A stretch of DNA of 60,042 bases, counting the filler, from Circinaria calcarea (lineage: Eukaryota), in NCBI GenBank assembly GCA_051942165.1. It is 10 parts of 10 records of this genome, joined end to end, with 100 filler letters (N's around TTAATTAATTAA, not from the genome) between each part and the next. Parts side by side here need not be neighbours in the genome. Positions count along the whole stretch, not along the records: positions 30,114 to 36,027 come from JAVECS010001745.1; positions 36,128 to 42,040 come from JAVECS010001746.1; positions 42,141 to 48,045 come from JAVECS010001747.1; 7 more parts are not named here. The stretch is one strand, 5' to 3'. A model generated the notes under the pieces. It was not told where the DNA came from and did no database searches. It worked only from the letters and a program-made list of their open reading frames with translations. The translations under genes and the position numbers were made by a program. Below, piece after piece: positions 34,354 through 46,928 of the stretch. Position 1 is the stretch's first letter. Each line of letters starts with the position of its first letter.

Positions 34354-34784
34354 AATGGAGGGTAGGGAGGGAGGTGTTACGACAGAAGGTGAGAATGCGG
34401 TAGCAGGGGTTAAAGTGGAGAAGGTATTAAAGCTATCGTTATTGATATCACGGTCTAGATCTGGGGATTGTGCTAGCAGTATTATTTGCGGAGGCAACCA
34501 TCTCACGAAGCGGTATCATGGGTACGAAGTGGCATGCTCCCACAATTCAAAGACAATAACAACAGACCTGTCTTTCCGCAACCGCCACAATCGCTATTCC
34601 GCCACACCAGTCTTCATCCAGACGAGAAGTCCGGTGTCTGGGTAGTACCGGAGTACAATACAAATCTAGCCGTATTCAACCGAATATACTATCCCCTCTT
34701 TGCCTCGATGGCGCTCCCACGCCCTTTCACGGTGCCTTAACAGCTCGGGTCGACCCTGTCGAGCATTGATACCCCGGAATGGAT

Positions 34785-35002
34785 GCTAAGAACCTTGGTC
34801 GAGTCGGAAGTCAATTTCTGAACTTACCGGATGTGGAGTTTATCCAATAGGTACTTCCGAAGTACTCGGTAGCGATTTTAAATAGTGTCACGAGTATATA
34901 AGAAGTACTTCCAAGACTTTAACCTCGGTAGAGTGCTAAGAAACTTGGGAAGATCTCGACGAATCGGAGTGATTTCGGCCCGACTCGACCGAGGTTTTTA
35001 GC
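34785..35002. repeat. 23-bp inverted repeats enclosing ~170 bp (MITE-like candidate)
   Basis: GCTAAGAACCTTGGTCGAGTCGG (34785-34807) vs the reverse complement of 34980-35002, GCTAAAAACCTCGGTCGAGTCGG: 21/23 identical. No TSD seen. Confidence 0.6.
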
Positions 35003-35059
35003 CCTCATGCCGAGCGTCGGCGCCCCCTACCATCTTTCCTCCTCCACACTGCTGCGGAA

Positions 35060-36027
35060 ATGACTGTCTTCGACGAAATAGCCGAGACCGACGGTGATGA
35101 TGAATGTAGGGCTTGGTTGGAAAAGGTCTTCGACTCCAGGGATGAAATCGTCACTTTCGTTGCTGCTCGCCGGGAAGAAGGTGGAGCCGGAAAGTTTCTT
35201 CATTACCTGAACGGCTCCTTCAACCTCTGCATTTGCATCGAGTTCAGCAATGGAGGACCGAAGAGCATTATTCGCTTCCCGAAAGCGGGACACACGGCTA
35301 CAGCTCTGAGGGACGAAAAGGTCGCGAACGAAGTCCAGTTCATGAAATACCTCAGCCAAAACACCACCATTCCTCTCCCTCGTGTTATCAGCTGGGGTTC
35401 GACTGAGGAGAGCCCCCAACTGCTAGGGCCATTCATTATCATGGACTATATCGATGGAACGCGCTTATCGACTCTCTTGAAGCAAGAGACTGAAAATGAT
35501 GAAGACGAGGTGATTTTAAATCCAGGCATCAACGATACAACACTAGACATTGTCTACGATCAAATTGCCGATTATATGCTTCAACTTTCCCAACTGGATT
35601 TTACTGGCATTGGAGCCGTCTCAGAGGATCCTGCTTCGAACACATGGTCCGTGACTGGAAGGCCCCTAACATACAACATGAACGAGCTGGCGAGTGTCTC
35701 AGGCTACCCTGTCGATGAATTTCCTACGGCGCAATTTGCATCGGTGAACGAATACTTCCAAAATCTCGCCAACGAGCACCTGATCCACCTTCGGACACAG
35801 CGCAATTTGGCCGATGACCCGGAAGATGCTCAGAAGCGGTACATCGCCCGGCATCGGTTCCAGCAGCTCATCCCACAGTACTGCATCGAGGACGCCGGTC
35901 CGTTCAAACCCTTCTGTGACGACTGGAGGCCTTCGAACATGCTTGCGGACCCGACCACCTTCCAGATCACCGCCGTCTTGGATTTCGAGTTTACCAACGC
36001 TATGCCCGCCCAGTTCGCATACGACCC
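35060..36027 (+). CDS. Aminoglycoside phosphotransferase (APH)-family kinase-like protein, 3' truncated
   Basis: GSFNLC, IIRFPK, EKVANEVQFMKYL..TTIPLPRV, GPFIIMDYIDG, CDDWRPSNML, ITAVLDFEFT. Confidence 0.88.
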
Positions 36028-36127
36028 NNNNNNNNNNNNNNNNNNNNNNNNNNNNNNNNNNNNNNNNNNNNTTAATTAATTAANNNNNNNNNNNNNNNNN
36101 NNNNNNNNNNNNNNNNNNNNNNNNNNN
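36028..36127. other. Artificial contig spacer
   Basis: N44-TTAATTAATTAA-N44. Confidence 0.98.
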
Positions 36128-39100
36128 AGACAGGGGAAGTAGTGAGCGGGCATTTTCGGGATCCAATTATAATAGGCGATCGATCGGGTATAATAAGTTT
36201 TTGTTTTATTGGGTTGGTTCCAGATCTAGGTATTTATGCTTTATGATAGTAATAAGAGGGGGGGGTTAAGATTCGGGAACCACCGGAAAGGGGGGGTGAA
36301 CTAAGGACTAAGGAAAGTAACAAGTTAGGGGGCTTGGGGAGGGGGATGGGATGGTATGGATAACAATTAACAAAACAGATATGAACGGGAAACGTTTTCC
36401 TTTTCCCCACCAAAAGGTGTCTTTTGAGAAATGGGTGCACAGGACTCTAGCTTCAGTGGTGGTAGTTCTTGGAGCTGATTATACAACTGCACAACCCTCA
36501 CCCGGGGAAAAAGTTTAAGCGAGTTCGATTCCTTTTGATCCCTTTTAATTCCCGAAACCCACCCTCACCCGGAAGTTCCACGGAAACGTTCATCGACTCT
36601 GCAAATCCACCACACGAAAAAAAGGAACTGGAGCTTCAGGTAGTTGGTCCATCTTAAACCTAGGCAGTTGCGGAGAAAAAGTCGGATTAGAGGACTGATG
36701 CCCATAAGTGGAGAATTCGAAAAAGAAAGGGAGAGGGTAAAAGGAGGAACCAGAGGGAGGGGGATAAAATGGTTGTTTTGGGAGAGTACGGGCGGGAGGT
36801 GAAGTGGGCCTTTTGGGCCGGGGTTCAATTGAATGGCTATAGAGGATAGAAAGGCATCAGGGTATCGGAGTCGAGCGTAAGAGGGGTATGCAAAATTCAA
36901 CGGAAAGTACCGTTGCATGATTTCTCTTGGGTGTCTTTCGTGGGGTTAGGTGCGGTGGTATGGAAATCGTAGGATGCGCCTCGGGGGTGTTTGGGTCAGT
37001 CAAGAACTTTGTTGGAGACATGATTTGGGCTTTTTCTGTGGGGTAGGGAACCAGGGCAGTGTGGAAATCCCTGAAGGTCTTCCGCTGAGCTTCCCTCCCC
37101 GTTCTTTGAACAAACGTCTGTTCAGGGTCTAGAGATCTGACTTGGCGTTCAAAAAGTAAGACGTGAAGTCAAATCTTCTTGCCACGTGGTTCATCACTGC
37201 ACGCGCAAGAGCGATCCGACCACGGGTACATCGCTTGTTTTGTCTGGAATTGAGAGTCTTGATACTATACTGTGGTAGCTCATCAAGTCCAATTAAGCTT
37301 CCTCCCAGTGGTACCGAAATACCGAGGCACATTGCCCGGTCGACTGTAGGAATAGTATACAGTAGTTAAGCGCAGATAGCGGTTCGGCCAAATCTAGGGT
37401 CTGCCATCGAAGTCCGTTCTACGTATATAAGGTAGCCAAGTCGGTAAACGGCCGGGCTAGCTTCGGACATTTGCAGTGGGTGCCAAAAAGCCATTTCAGA
37501 ACCCAGCCGCTATTGTTTGGCAAGCTCATATGAACAGACCCTTTCCATGGCCTAACATCGGACTAGGAATCAAAACGGGCCAGCGCACGGCCATATCTCA
37601 CCGAATCGAAATAGACTGCCATCATAGCGGTAGAGTACCAAAGATGCGAATGCCCAGGAGATAAGCTATTCTCCCACCCCTGGGGTGAGTCAATCGGGTT
37701 GCAAAGTGGGAGAGCAAGGAATGGAGCGATTTGAGCAGATTAGAAAGTTGAGTAGGCCTTGGCCAAGTGGAGAAATCATCATCATCTGTGCCCACTTAGC
37801 ACCCTGCAGGATGATGATGCTTCAGCATACTATTGATATTGTAGAGTAGGGGCGTGTCTACACATTGGTCGTGGTGGTGGCTCGCCGAATCAATGTCAGT
37901 AGACTAACCGGGAAGAAAACTGCCTGAATACGAGCAAACCGATAGCAAAGTGCTTTAGGGCTTACTCCAAGAGAAGGGGCCTTCTTAAGGGTCGCGATTG
38001 AAAATGGTAGGTGCGCGACGTCACCAACGCTAAGACTTGGGGCGAGATCCTAATCTCTAAATCTCCCCCCAAAAGTGGTGGGCCGAAAGGCCAGGGAAGA
38101 TTCGAGTGACGAGCCCAAGGAAGTTGAAGGGAACATTTCCGATACTCGGCCTCGAATCTCGCCGCAGGAGGCTACCCTACCTACCGCCGAGCACGGACAA
38201 AGCAAGAAAGCATGTCAGGGGCGTACTTCGTGGTAGCCGAGCTGGGCACAACGCCCCCCTGGGCCTAAGGAGATATGGCGGCCGGGATGTACTTGTCGAG
38301 TGCAAAGCGTAATGAAAAAAGCGACAACTCAGCCTTCCGCCGGCGGCACCATGATTCGAAGCTACTGTACCATGCCCGTGATAGTGGGGCCCAGTATCGG
38401 TCCAGCAGAAGAAATTCTAGAGACGAGGTAATCTAAGCGAGGCAATGGTTTGTCTTCAGAATGTTTTCCATCTTTGGTTAAAAGAACAGCCGGACAGTTG
38501 GTGGTCGGCAACTAACGGAGGCAACAATGTGCGAAAGTACCCTATTGCTTGACGCGCTCCACCCAAGCTTACAGTAGCTTTACGCAGCGCCGGATTGGAC
38601 TCCGAATCCGAGGGGCTTTGATGGATCATGTGACAGTACCCGACCACCACACGCAGAGTGCCTCGTTCAGCTTAAAAGAAGAGAATGGAGGCGGTTGTTC
38701 TTGTGCGGTCACGAATCATCATTGCCCTGCCTGCCCGTCCGAAGTACTCCCGTGATCGCGGCAGTTGGCTCGAGGCACTTTCATTGTTCGTCGTCCTGAG
38801 GAATGCTGCCTATTAGTGCTTACCAGAGCATCTATCGGATTCTGCATGCCCCGCTTCCCCCCCCGAACCTCTGACCAGTGACCAAGCTTGCAACTGGGAT
38901 TGGCACGTCCCGATTGGGGATGGGACCTTTGGGAAGCTGATGAGGAATTTCTCTACGACGCGTGGACACTTTTGGATTTCCACAGCATCTACCGGACTCC
39001 TGAAGCTGTCACGATTCCGTACGACCGAGTTGGTGGAACTAGAGCCTAGTATCTCTGCTACCGCCGTATTGTGAGATGGAAGGACTCACCGCATCAATGA

Positions 39101-41479
39101 CTCGTGTACTCCGTACAAGACAGTCAGGTGCGCGATGGCATATCACGTGGAGAATGGTTACTAGCGGAGGCGGAGGCGATGGTTGCTTTCGAAGGAAGGT
39201 TTCCTCACAAGACGCCAGAAGAAAGGAAAGGCATTGGTGTGTCCCTGTTGATGGTTGAATTGCCACGGTTCTAACCGTACGGAGTAGGATTACGCACTAA
39301 AGGGGGTGGAAGCTGGTTTTGCCGCGCACCCACTTCGCGTATCGCTTTGTGCATGCATCAATCACACTTTGCGCCCCGCTGATATTATGCTTTTCATTAT
39401 TCTTGAATGGATCACTCGTAACGTTGCATTTATGCCTGCCGCCTCAACCTAGCTGGCGATCGCCCTGAGAAATCTCCGAGACAGTGCTATCAATGTATTG
39501 TCGCCCTCGCCCTCGCCCTCGCCCCATTTTGGCGCTCCCATGGGAGGAGGGTTGCCAAACCAGCCATTCAAATCGCCAGCTGGGCTCTGGGCAAACGGCA
39601 GACGCTAATGGAGTACTGTGTACTCTGTACGCAGTCTGCATGCGGTAGGGTTGATTGTCCGCAAACGAGGCGCGGTTTTCCTCGCAATGCGAATTGCCTC
39701 TTTCTGACACCCAACCCATGCAAACGCCGGCCGACAGTATGCACGGTCAATTAAGTGAAGCGGCCAACCGCAGGCGTCGATGGGGCAGTCCGGGATTGCC
39801 AGAAGGAATGGAAGGAAGATTAGGAGGGTTGGATTCCTGTGTGTGGAACAGGCTGGTCAAGCCGCATCCTAGGCCGTGTGCAGTGTGTGGATGCGATGGA
39901 CTGACTCTTCGATAGGTCTACGCCCGTGGTTCCCAGCCTCGCTCGCACCAATCAACGTCAGCGCATTCCTAGCCACGAAGGACAAATAAATGTACGGTCG
40001 GCAATCATGGTCGCACCCAGATGATTGACTTTTACCCTTTTCTGATTTGACTGACCCCGCCACCTAATTCCCAATACCCAAATCCTTTGTACTAATCTAG
40101 TCCTGCACGAGCCGCGGGTGACTAAAATCGTAAGCGTTCGAGGCGATCATTGCTTCATCGCTGATCGGAATTCTCCTTGGGACCACGTCGTCGTCGTTGG
40201 CTGCATGACCAATTGAATGGAAGGAAGCATTCTCAGCTCGGATCGACCTTGGCAAAACTACTGAACCCTACTGTCGAGTCACCAAAAAGTCCCGGTTGCG
40301 CGGGAGTAGTTGCTGTTGGAGGCGTTGGCAGCAAATTCCTGGCAACGACACTCGATCCAAATCATCTGCTGTTACTGCTGTCAGCCTGAAATGTATCATC
40401 CCATGTACAGTATGCCATCCCATCCCCTGCCCAGCCCGCGCCGCCTTTTGCCCGGTCGTGATTGGTGCTTGGTAATTGGTGCTTGGTGCTTGGAGAGTGT
40501 TGCCATTCCTACTCTGACGGGGAATAGTCTCACTCGTTCTGTGACTTGGGTTGACTCTTGGCGTTGCTGCTTCCTCCACCATCCCGGCATGTCCTATCTT
40601 CTCGGTCGTACTCTGTACCGTCGGACTTATCGAAGGTACTGTATCTACTACCTACTACTGCGTACTATCCGAGCATCCCACACCCACATTGACACACGCA
40701 GCCAACGCTCGGCACGATTCCGCGCGCGCTTTCATCGCAGCCAATCATACATGACTCTCCGTCAGCTGGCTGCTGTACTGTTGTCAGAGCTTGTCTTGTC
40801 TCGCCCGCCAACCAACCCTGCCATTCTTCCGTTGCCACCTGGCCTCTCTGGGTCAGCCTTGGCTCTCCGTTTTCCCCCCCCCCACATCCATGCTCTTTTC
40901 GGCGTTGCTCATCCCCTTGCCCCCTGCAAGCGTGTGATTTCACAAGAGAGCACATCGTATCAGGATGAAGGAGGCTAAGGAGGGGCCTGCAGCACGGCTA
41001 TGCTCATACCCTCGCAACCTTTGCCTTACTGTACATCATATCGATCATCTCCCACCTTTGATCTCGCCCATTTTCCCCCTCCAACCAGCAATTGCCAATG
41101 CGAGAGTCGCCCTGTTCTTCCTCCTATTCCTAGTTCTTCCTAGTTCCCTTCCTAACCATAATATTGATATCGACCCCACCCGTTATCATCACCGCCTTAG
41201 CCTTCATCCAGTCAACCCGAACGCTTCATCTTCTATATCAACACCTCGCCACATCCGCTTTAGCATTGATCACACCTTACGCCCTGATCGATGTCCTCGT
41301 CTTCGTGACATTTTTTCTTTCTTTCGGTTAGGGCGTGGGCCGTTGTCCTGATCAGCCTCTTGGTGGGAAGCCTCTCATCTAACGGTGTCTGGAAACGAAG
41401 AGAGCATATATCCAAAGGCCCAGCAGGTTTCTTTATCCAAGTGGTAAGAATCTCACACGGCCGCTTGCTCGACTTGATC

Positions 41480-42040
41480 ATGAACAACACCTTCTTACCA
41501 ACACCGCCGCCATCCCCGCCAATTGGTCTCTGCGCTCCAGAGGACCGGTTGGGACTACTTTTAGCCGACTGGCTGGAGCTGACTGGTATACTGGGGGTCG
41601 GGGCCTATGGAGTGGTTTATACAGCCATTGACATCCGGACCAATGTTCCCTACGCGGTCAAGGCCTTGAATAAGGTCGGTTTGGATCCGAGGCAACGACG
41701 ATTTCAGCAAAGGGAGATCCAACTCCACCATGAGGCAAGCCATCACCCGAACGTGGTTTCTTTGGTCAAGATCATGGACTCGGTGGACTGCACCTATGTA
41801 GTCCTCGAGTATTGCCCGGAAGGTGACCTTTTCTCGAGTATCACCGAAGGCGGGTTTTATATTGGTAATGATCTTCTCGTCAAGCAAGCCTTCCTGCAGA
41901 TATTGGATGCCGTGGACTTTTGCCATTCAATCGGAATCTACCACCGCGACTTGAAGCCCGAAAATATCTTGGTGACAAACCGTGGCCGGTCGATTAAGCT
42001 TGCAGATTTTGGCCTAGCTACCCGGGATGAGATTACCTCC
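41480..42040 (+). CDS. Ran1/Pat1-like (Sks1/Vhs1 family) Ser/Thr protein kinase, 3' truncated
   Basis: LPTPPPSP, LGVGAYGVVY, YAVKAL, FQQREIQLH, YCPEGDLFSSI, IYHRDLKPENIL, KLADFGLAT. Confidence 0.9.
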
Positions 42041-42140
42041 NNNNNNNNNNNNNNNNNNNNNNNNNNNNNNNNNNNNNNNNNNNNTTAATTAATTAANNNN
42101 NNNNNNNNNNNNNNNNNNNNNNNNNNNNNNNNNNNNNNNN
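42041..42140. other. Artificial contig spacer
   Basis: N44-TTAATTAATTAA-N44. Confidence 0.98.
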
Positions 42141-42819
42141 AGCAGAAGAAGCCCCCATTCGCATACCCGTCGGCCCCGAATCAGGACGCGCCCGCCAAAA
42201 CCAAGCCCGATTCCTCGAGCGCCTCATGGCCGCCAAATCCGCCAAAGGCGACACCGACACCATCCCCCTCCACCCACGCAAGAAAGTGACCGGGTCCGGC
42301 TGGCGTAGCTGGCAGCAACCTGAGGACGATGACGGCGACGCAGACGCCGCGGTCGAATACCAAGAGTCAGGTGCAACCAACGACGAAGACGACAGCGAAG
42401 GCGAATCCCAATACGGGCAAGGCAGTACCGAACGAAGCACCGGCGCTACGCCGCAGCAGAGCCAGAGTCCGAGGGGAGTCCGAGCCGGCAGCAGAGGGGT
42501 TGGCCGACCTCGAGGCGGCAGGAGGAGAACCCAGACCAAAGCGAGGGCGATAGGGGGCTTGTTCCGGGACTACCGGCCCAGCATTGGAGACGAGAATGGA
42601 GCAGATATCAGGGCCAGCATCCCGGATATCACGCCAAGGACTTGGGGGGAGCTGGGGGTGCCTGCCGCTGCTGTTGGAGCTGCGACGATGCAGACGACGA
42701 GTGGTATGGCAGGGGCAGAGGCAGAGACAGGGGATGGGAATTGGAATGGGAATGAGAACGGGGAAATGGGGGCAGAAGTAAGACCAATGCAGGTGGATAC
42801 AACAATGGGGGATACCTAA
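42141..42819 (+). CDS. C-terminal part of hypothetical protein (5' truncated)
   Basis: Open from the contig start (AEEAPIRIPVGPESGRARQNQARFLERLMAAK...) to the stop at 42819. Acidic and basic low-complexity tracts, with an AT-hook-like GRPR. Confidence 0.65.
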
Positions 42820-43382
42820 TCGAATCCCAACACCTTGACGTCAACCCCCAGACCAAAGCAAGGGGACCCAGAGCATAAACAATGCTTTGGTAATCAACTG
42901 AGTCACACGGCTAAAGTACAGTAAGCAATGTCGATCAGCTACCAACCCAGGTATGTCTACCTACCTTACAGTACCTACCTACCTATTCTGATCTGGTTTC
43001 AGCCGTTCGGGAAACCTTCCAAAGAAAAAATAGGGGGGGCGGAAGGGGGAAGAGGGGGGTTGGCCAAAACAAGGGTGGCGAGATTCCATCATGACTGACC
43101 AGACAGGTACGTAAGCAATTAGCAGCGTTTCACATTGAGTCGTGATTATGATCAAGGGGAAGGTTTCTTCCTTTTGGAAAGGCAAAGCGAGTGTGCCTGG
43201 AGAGGAGAAGAGCCGTGTTTTTCTGCCGTGCATGTACATTACCCCCGGCCATGAAACGGATTACCAAGATTTTTCTAGTTACGCGGCTACCTTGGCCAAC
43301 TTTCCTTCGCAAGACGTGTTTTTGTTCTAGAACAGCTGAAGGACCCATGTCTTTGCATGGAATTCCAAAGGTGAAAAGAGAT

Positions 43383-46133
43383 CTACACAAACCCGTGGGC
43401 AATTTTGCCGACGAATCCTTCCAATCCTACGCTAGCCCGCTCTGTCCTGTCCGCGCAGCCGGGAGAAGTACCTCCCGGCATCACCAGCACCTGCGTCCCC
43501 ACTTCGATCCATTCGCGATAGGTGAGGAACTGGAAGGCGACCTCGTCGGGTCCCCGAGCTGACGGTCTAGCATTGGTGGTCGGTAACTCGACCCCCCCAC
43601 CACCATCGCTACCATTACCGCTGCCGCTGTCATCGAGACCAAACCCATCTTCAACGCTGCGAGCCTCGGCTTGCGATTCTCGCTGCTGCGGTGGCGATGC
43701 GCTGACGCCAACGACCCTTGCTGATGTCCTGATGCTGGCGATGTAGACAACGACCAAGGCCCCTGGTACCAATTCGAGTACGGCGTCATCGTGGAACAGG
43801 GCCCGGAACCCGCTGTAGGATGGTAGGGTGCCGTTGACAGTTCCCACTGGCGGCTTGGCTAAGACCATCCCTTTTCGTATCTTCTGGCTCGAGGAGTGAG
43901 GTATAGGTAACTTGGCATTAATGGGCATAATGCCGATCGTCCCCACCTGGTCAGGTAACAACTTTCGGACGGGGAGACGCAGGTTCCGAATGCTGACGAT
44001 GCGCACTCGGTGCCATCGTGCACCTAGGAGCGAGCTGTCCCGAAGAATATGGGCTTTTGAATCAGTAGACCATCTAGGAGACGCTCGGAGTTGGGTGTTT
44101 GCAAGTGCCGGACTGTTGCTTAGCTGCCTGGGAAAAGAGCTGGCATGGTACGTTTCCACCTGTCTCACATCGTCTCCGAGGGCTTCCGGAGTGAAGGGGC
44201 CAATATCAATTTCGTCGCCGAGCAATATTTCCCCATATTGCAGATACCCACTGAGAACATAACTCGACTCAATATAGAGCTCATCCCCATTCGATTGGGC
44301 AAGTGAGCTCCCCTCAGCCTTAGTGAACACTTCGTCGATGTTGAATATAGAAGCAGGAGTGATCCCCTCTTGAGCAACAAACGAGTCCTTCAAAACCTGA
44401 GGTGGAAGAGGTAACGGAAGATGACGCAGTAAAGCGTGCAACGTCCCGATCCCACGGCCAGTCACAGCACTTGTAAGGACGATGGGCACCAGCATAGGAA
44501 TATCGTTGTCCGAGTATCGTGCGAGGAGTTTTCGGACATCAGATTCAGACTCAGCTGAGATCAATCGATGGCTTGGGTCCGCCAACTTATCATCTGTCAA
44601 TATAACAGGCTGACGTCCCGCAGATTTGATCGCAGACAATACTTTTGCAAGTGTCTGCCTCAATCCTGGTTTTAATGCCAGATCAAGCTTAGTGACGACC
44701 ACTACCAGAGACAATCCGAGCTTCAAGCAAAAGTCGAGATGAGCTCCAGACACGTCAATGCCAGCACCAGCTAGACCAAGTACTTCCTGGGCAGAGGCAG
44801 TAGCACCAGCTTGACTAGGTGCGTCCTCAGTATCATCCGCTGCGACGCAGCATATAGTCCAATGGGGAGCCCACGAGACCAGTCCACGCACGGTAGTTCG
44901 CCTATATCTAGGGTGTCCAGCAGAATCTGTCAATAGCACAAGTCTGCCACCTTCAGCAGCATTGTGTATATCAATCCACGAAGATATGTTGCCCAAGCCG
45001 TAATTAACAATCTGTGTAACCTCTCGGGCTCCGGTGAGGTTCGGTTCTATGCTTTGATATCCGATGACCTCAGGCGCAACCGAGCTTGTGATACCGGAGG
45101 CAATCTCATGTCGATGTTTTAGCAAACTAAGCCTACTTTTCCCTCGCCCGTTGTCCGAAGTCGAAGTCGATAACACTCCTAGCAGCGAGGACTTTCCCGA
45201 AGTAGTGATTCCAGTCAGCGACACCCGTAGTTGTGCGGTAGGCGGTCTTGAACTTTCCATACGAGCTTCTCGTCTCCTTGATTCATGTGTACTTCCATTT
45301 CCGTGATTCGAGATAGTGGAAGCTGCCGAACGAGATTGATACGTATTCGGAGCGACAAGAGCTTCCGCAACATAGAGCTTCTCCGAATACACTTTGGGAA
45401 GCTTTCCCTGTCCAGCCTCAGTCTCTTGCAGCCACTCGCAATCCCCAACAATCACAATCCGAAGCACCTGTACCTTACAGCCTAGACTAGCAGCCATTGA
45501 ACGCAAATTTGTCAAACTTTCTTCCAACTCATCTTTAGTAAGACCGATGAATGTTCCATCGTCGGAAACACCAATCTCATAAAGTGCACCTCGACTTTCC
45601 TCTAGCCCTGGTAGGAGCTTTCCGGGGTCCAATGACGAACCTGACCCGATGTAAGCTTCTGGAAGATTGGGTAAGACATGGTCCACATTCGATGATGAGT
45701 GATGTGGAGACGATTGCTGAAGTCGCCAGAGTAGTTGAGTGGTCAAGTTCTGCAGCCTATTTTGCCGTGATTGTAGGCTAGGAGTGGGCGTTGGTGACAC
45801 TCGTCCAGGCTTAGGGATTAACCCAAACAGCGATCGAGGTGTTCCGGGTCTCGACTGGTGTGATCCAGGAATATACTGCCCGGTTGATAAGGCGGAGAAG
45901 GTCCGTCGCGGTCTGAGTAGTAAATGTAATTTATATTCAGTGGGACCTTCCTGCGGCTCGGCCTCTAGCCTTGTGATTCCACAGTCAGCTAGCAGAACTG
46001 GCTGAGGGACTCCCATATTTCCAATTGTCCCTTCTCGGTCCACTAGATTATTCTGGACGTTCGACCCGTGCGAGCTCAACCACGGCGAGGCGATCCTCGG
46101 AGGGTCAGGATCATACGTAAAGACAGATGCCAT
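43383..46133 (-). CDS. GTP-binding protein 1/2-like translational GTPase
   Basis: EGPTEYKL, LLWRL..GALYEIGVSDDG, G1 GITTSGKSSL, DNGRGKSRL..HRHEIASGITSS, DSAGH..Y.RTT, TKLD, TSAVTG. Confidence 0.9.
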   Translation of the reverse strand: MASVFTYDPDPPRIASPWLSSHGSNVQNNLVDREGTIGNMGVPQPVLLADCGITRLEAEPQEGPTEYKLHLLLRPRRTFSALSTGQYIPGSHQSRPGTPRSLFGLIPKPGRVSPTPTPSLQSRQNRLQNLTTQLLWRLQQSSPHHSSSNVDHVLPNLPEAYIGSGSSLDPGKLLPGLEESRGALYEIGVSDDGTFIGLTKDELEESLTNLRSMAASLGCKVQVLRIVIVGDCEWLQETEAGQGKLPKVYSEKLYVAEALVAPNTYQSRSAASTISNHGNGSTHESRRREARMESSRPPTAQLRVSLTGITTSGKSSLLGVLSTSTSDNGRGKSRLSLLKHRHEIASGITSSVAPEVIGYQSIEPNLTGAREVTQIVNYGLGNISSWIDIHNAAEGGRLVLLTDSAGHPRYRRTTVRGLVSWAPHWTICCVAADDTEDAPSQAGATASAQEVLGLAGAGIDVSGAHLDFCLKLGLSLVVVVTKLDLALKPGLRQTLAKVLSAIKSAGRQPVILTDDKLADPSHRLISAESESDVRKLLARYSDNDIPMLVPIVLTSAVTGRGIGTLHALLRHLPLPLPPQVLKDSFVAQEGITPASIFNIDEVFTKAEGSSLAQSNGDELYIESSYVLSGYLQYGEILLGDEIDIGPFTPEALGDDVRQVETYHASSFPRQLSNSPALANTQLRASPRWSTDSKAHILRDSSLLGARWHRVRIVSIRNLRLPVRKLLPDQVGTIGIMPINAKLPIPHSSSQKIRKGMVLAKPPVGTVNGTLPSYSGFRALFHDDAVLELVPGALVVVYIASIRTSARVVGVSASPPQQRESQAEARSVEDGFGLDDSGSGNGSDGGGGVELPTTNARPSARGPDEVAFQFLTYREWIEVGTQVLVMPGGTSPGCADRTERASVGLEGFVGKIAHGFV

Positions 46134-46928
46134 TGTCGACGCTTGGGGAGTAGAAGTTCTATTCGCCTGAGTCAGGGTAAAGGAATTTTACATATATTAT
46201 TCCGCCGGTGTATTGATAACGAGTATAAGCCTGATATCGACCTCGAATTCGTATGAGAGTGGTGGATCCGGAACAGCTGGGCCAGGAGAGGAAGCATCGT
46301 GAAGGTGCTTGACGGATTGCTGAACGTGCTAAGGATTAGGGAGAGCTTTTGCCTTGGAGATCGAGAGAGAGCTCTTCGAAGTACTACGACTTCAGCAGAG
46401 GAAGGTCCATCTTTGATCTGAAGATAGGTCGTTGTGTATGTATGCTGTTGTTGAAAGGCAAGGTTGGAGCGTATGAGGAATGGAAGCTGTGACTCCCGCA
46501 GTATTGCGCACGGGTAGAAAAGGTACCCATGCGGAGAGTTCAATATAGCGCCTAATTGTTATTTTTGTACATGGGGCTAGAAGCTTTGAGTTTGAACTTC
46601 CTGCCTCCCTTGTGACACTGTGACCATTTCTCATGAAGACCAAATCTCATGCACCCACCTGCATATCTACAAACACCGCAGTCATCAGCACCGAACACGA
46701 GTGACTCTCAGCCTCTGACGCTTTACTAGAAAAGAGCTACAAAGGCAATCACAGACGATCTGTCTACCGCGAAAACTCATGACTGCTTGCGTTACCACCA
46801 CCCATGATTGTCATATTCGAGCATCCGCGCTCTCACTCAGTCAATAGAATTGACGCTCTACTATCGTCTATGGAAGAGCCTCTTGGGCTATAGTCTTACA
46901 GCGTTTGAAAACTCTTTCAACCGCGACA

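Noticed and set aside
36128..36950. Homopolymer-rich segment and 117-aa ORF
   Set aside because: Looks like low-quality read sequence at a contig end. No coherent reading frame.
40310..41351. 222-aa and 128-aa ORFs upstream of the kinase
   Set aside because: Composition reflects pyrimidine-rich UTR/promoter DNA. No domain, and no evidence for the predicted starts.
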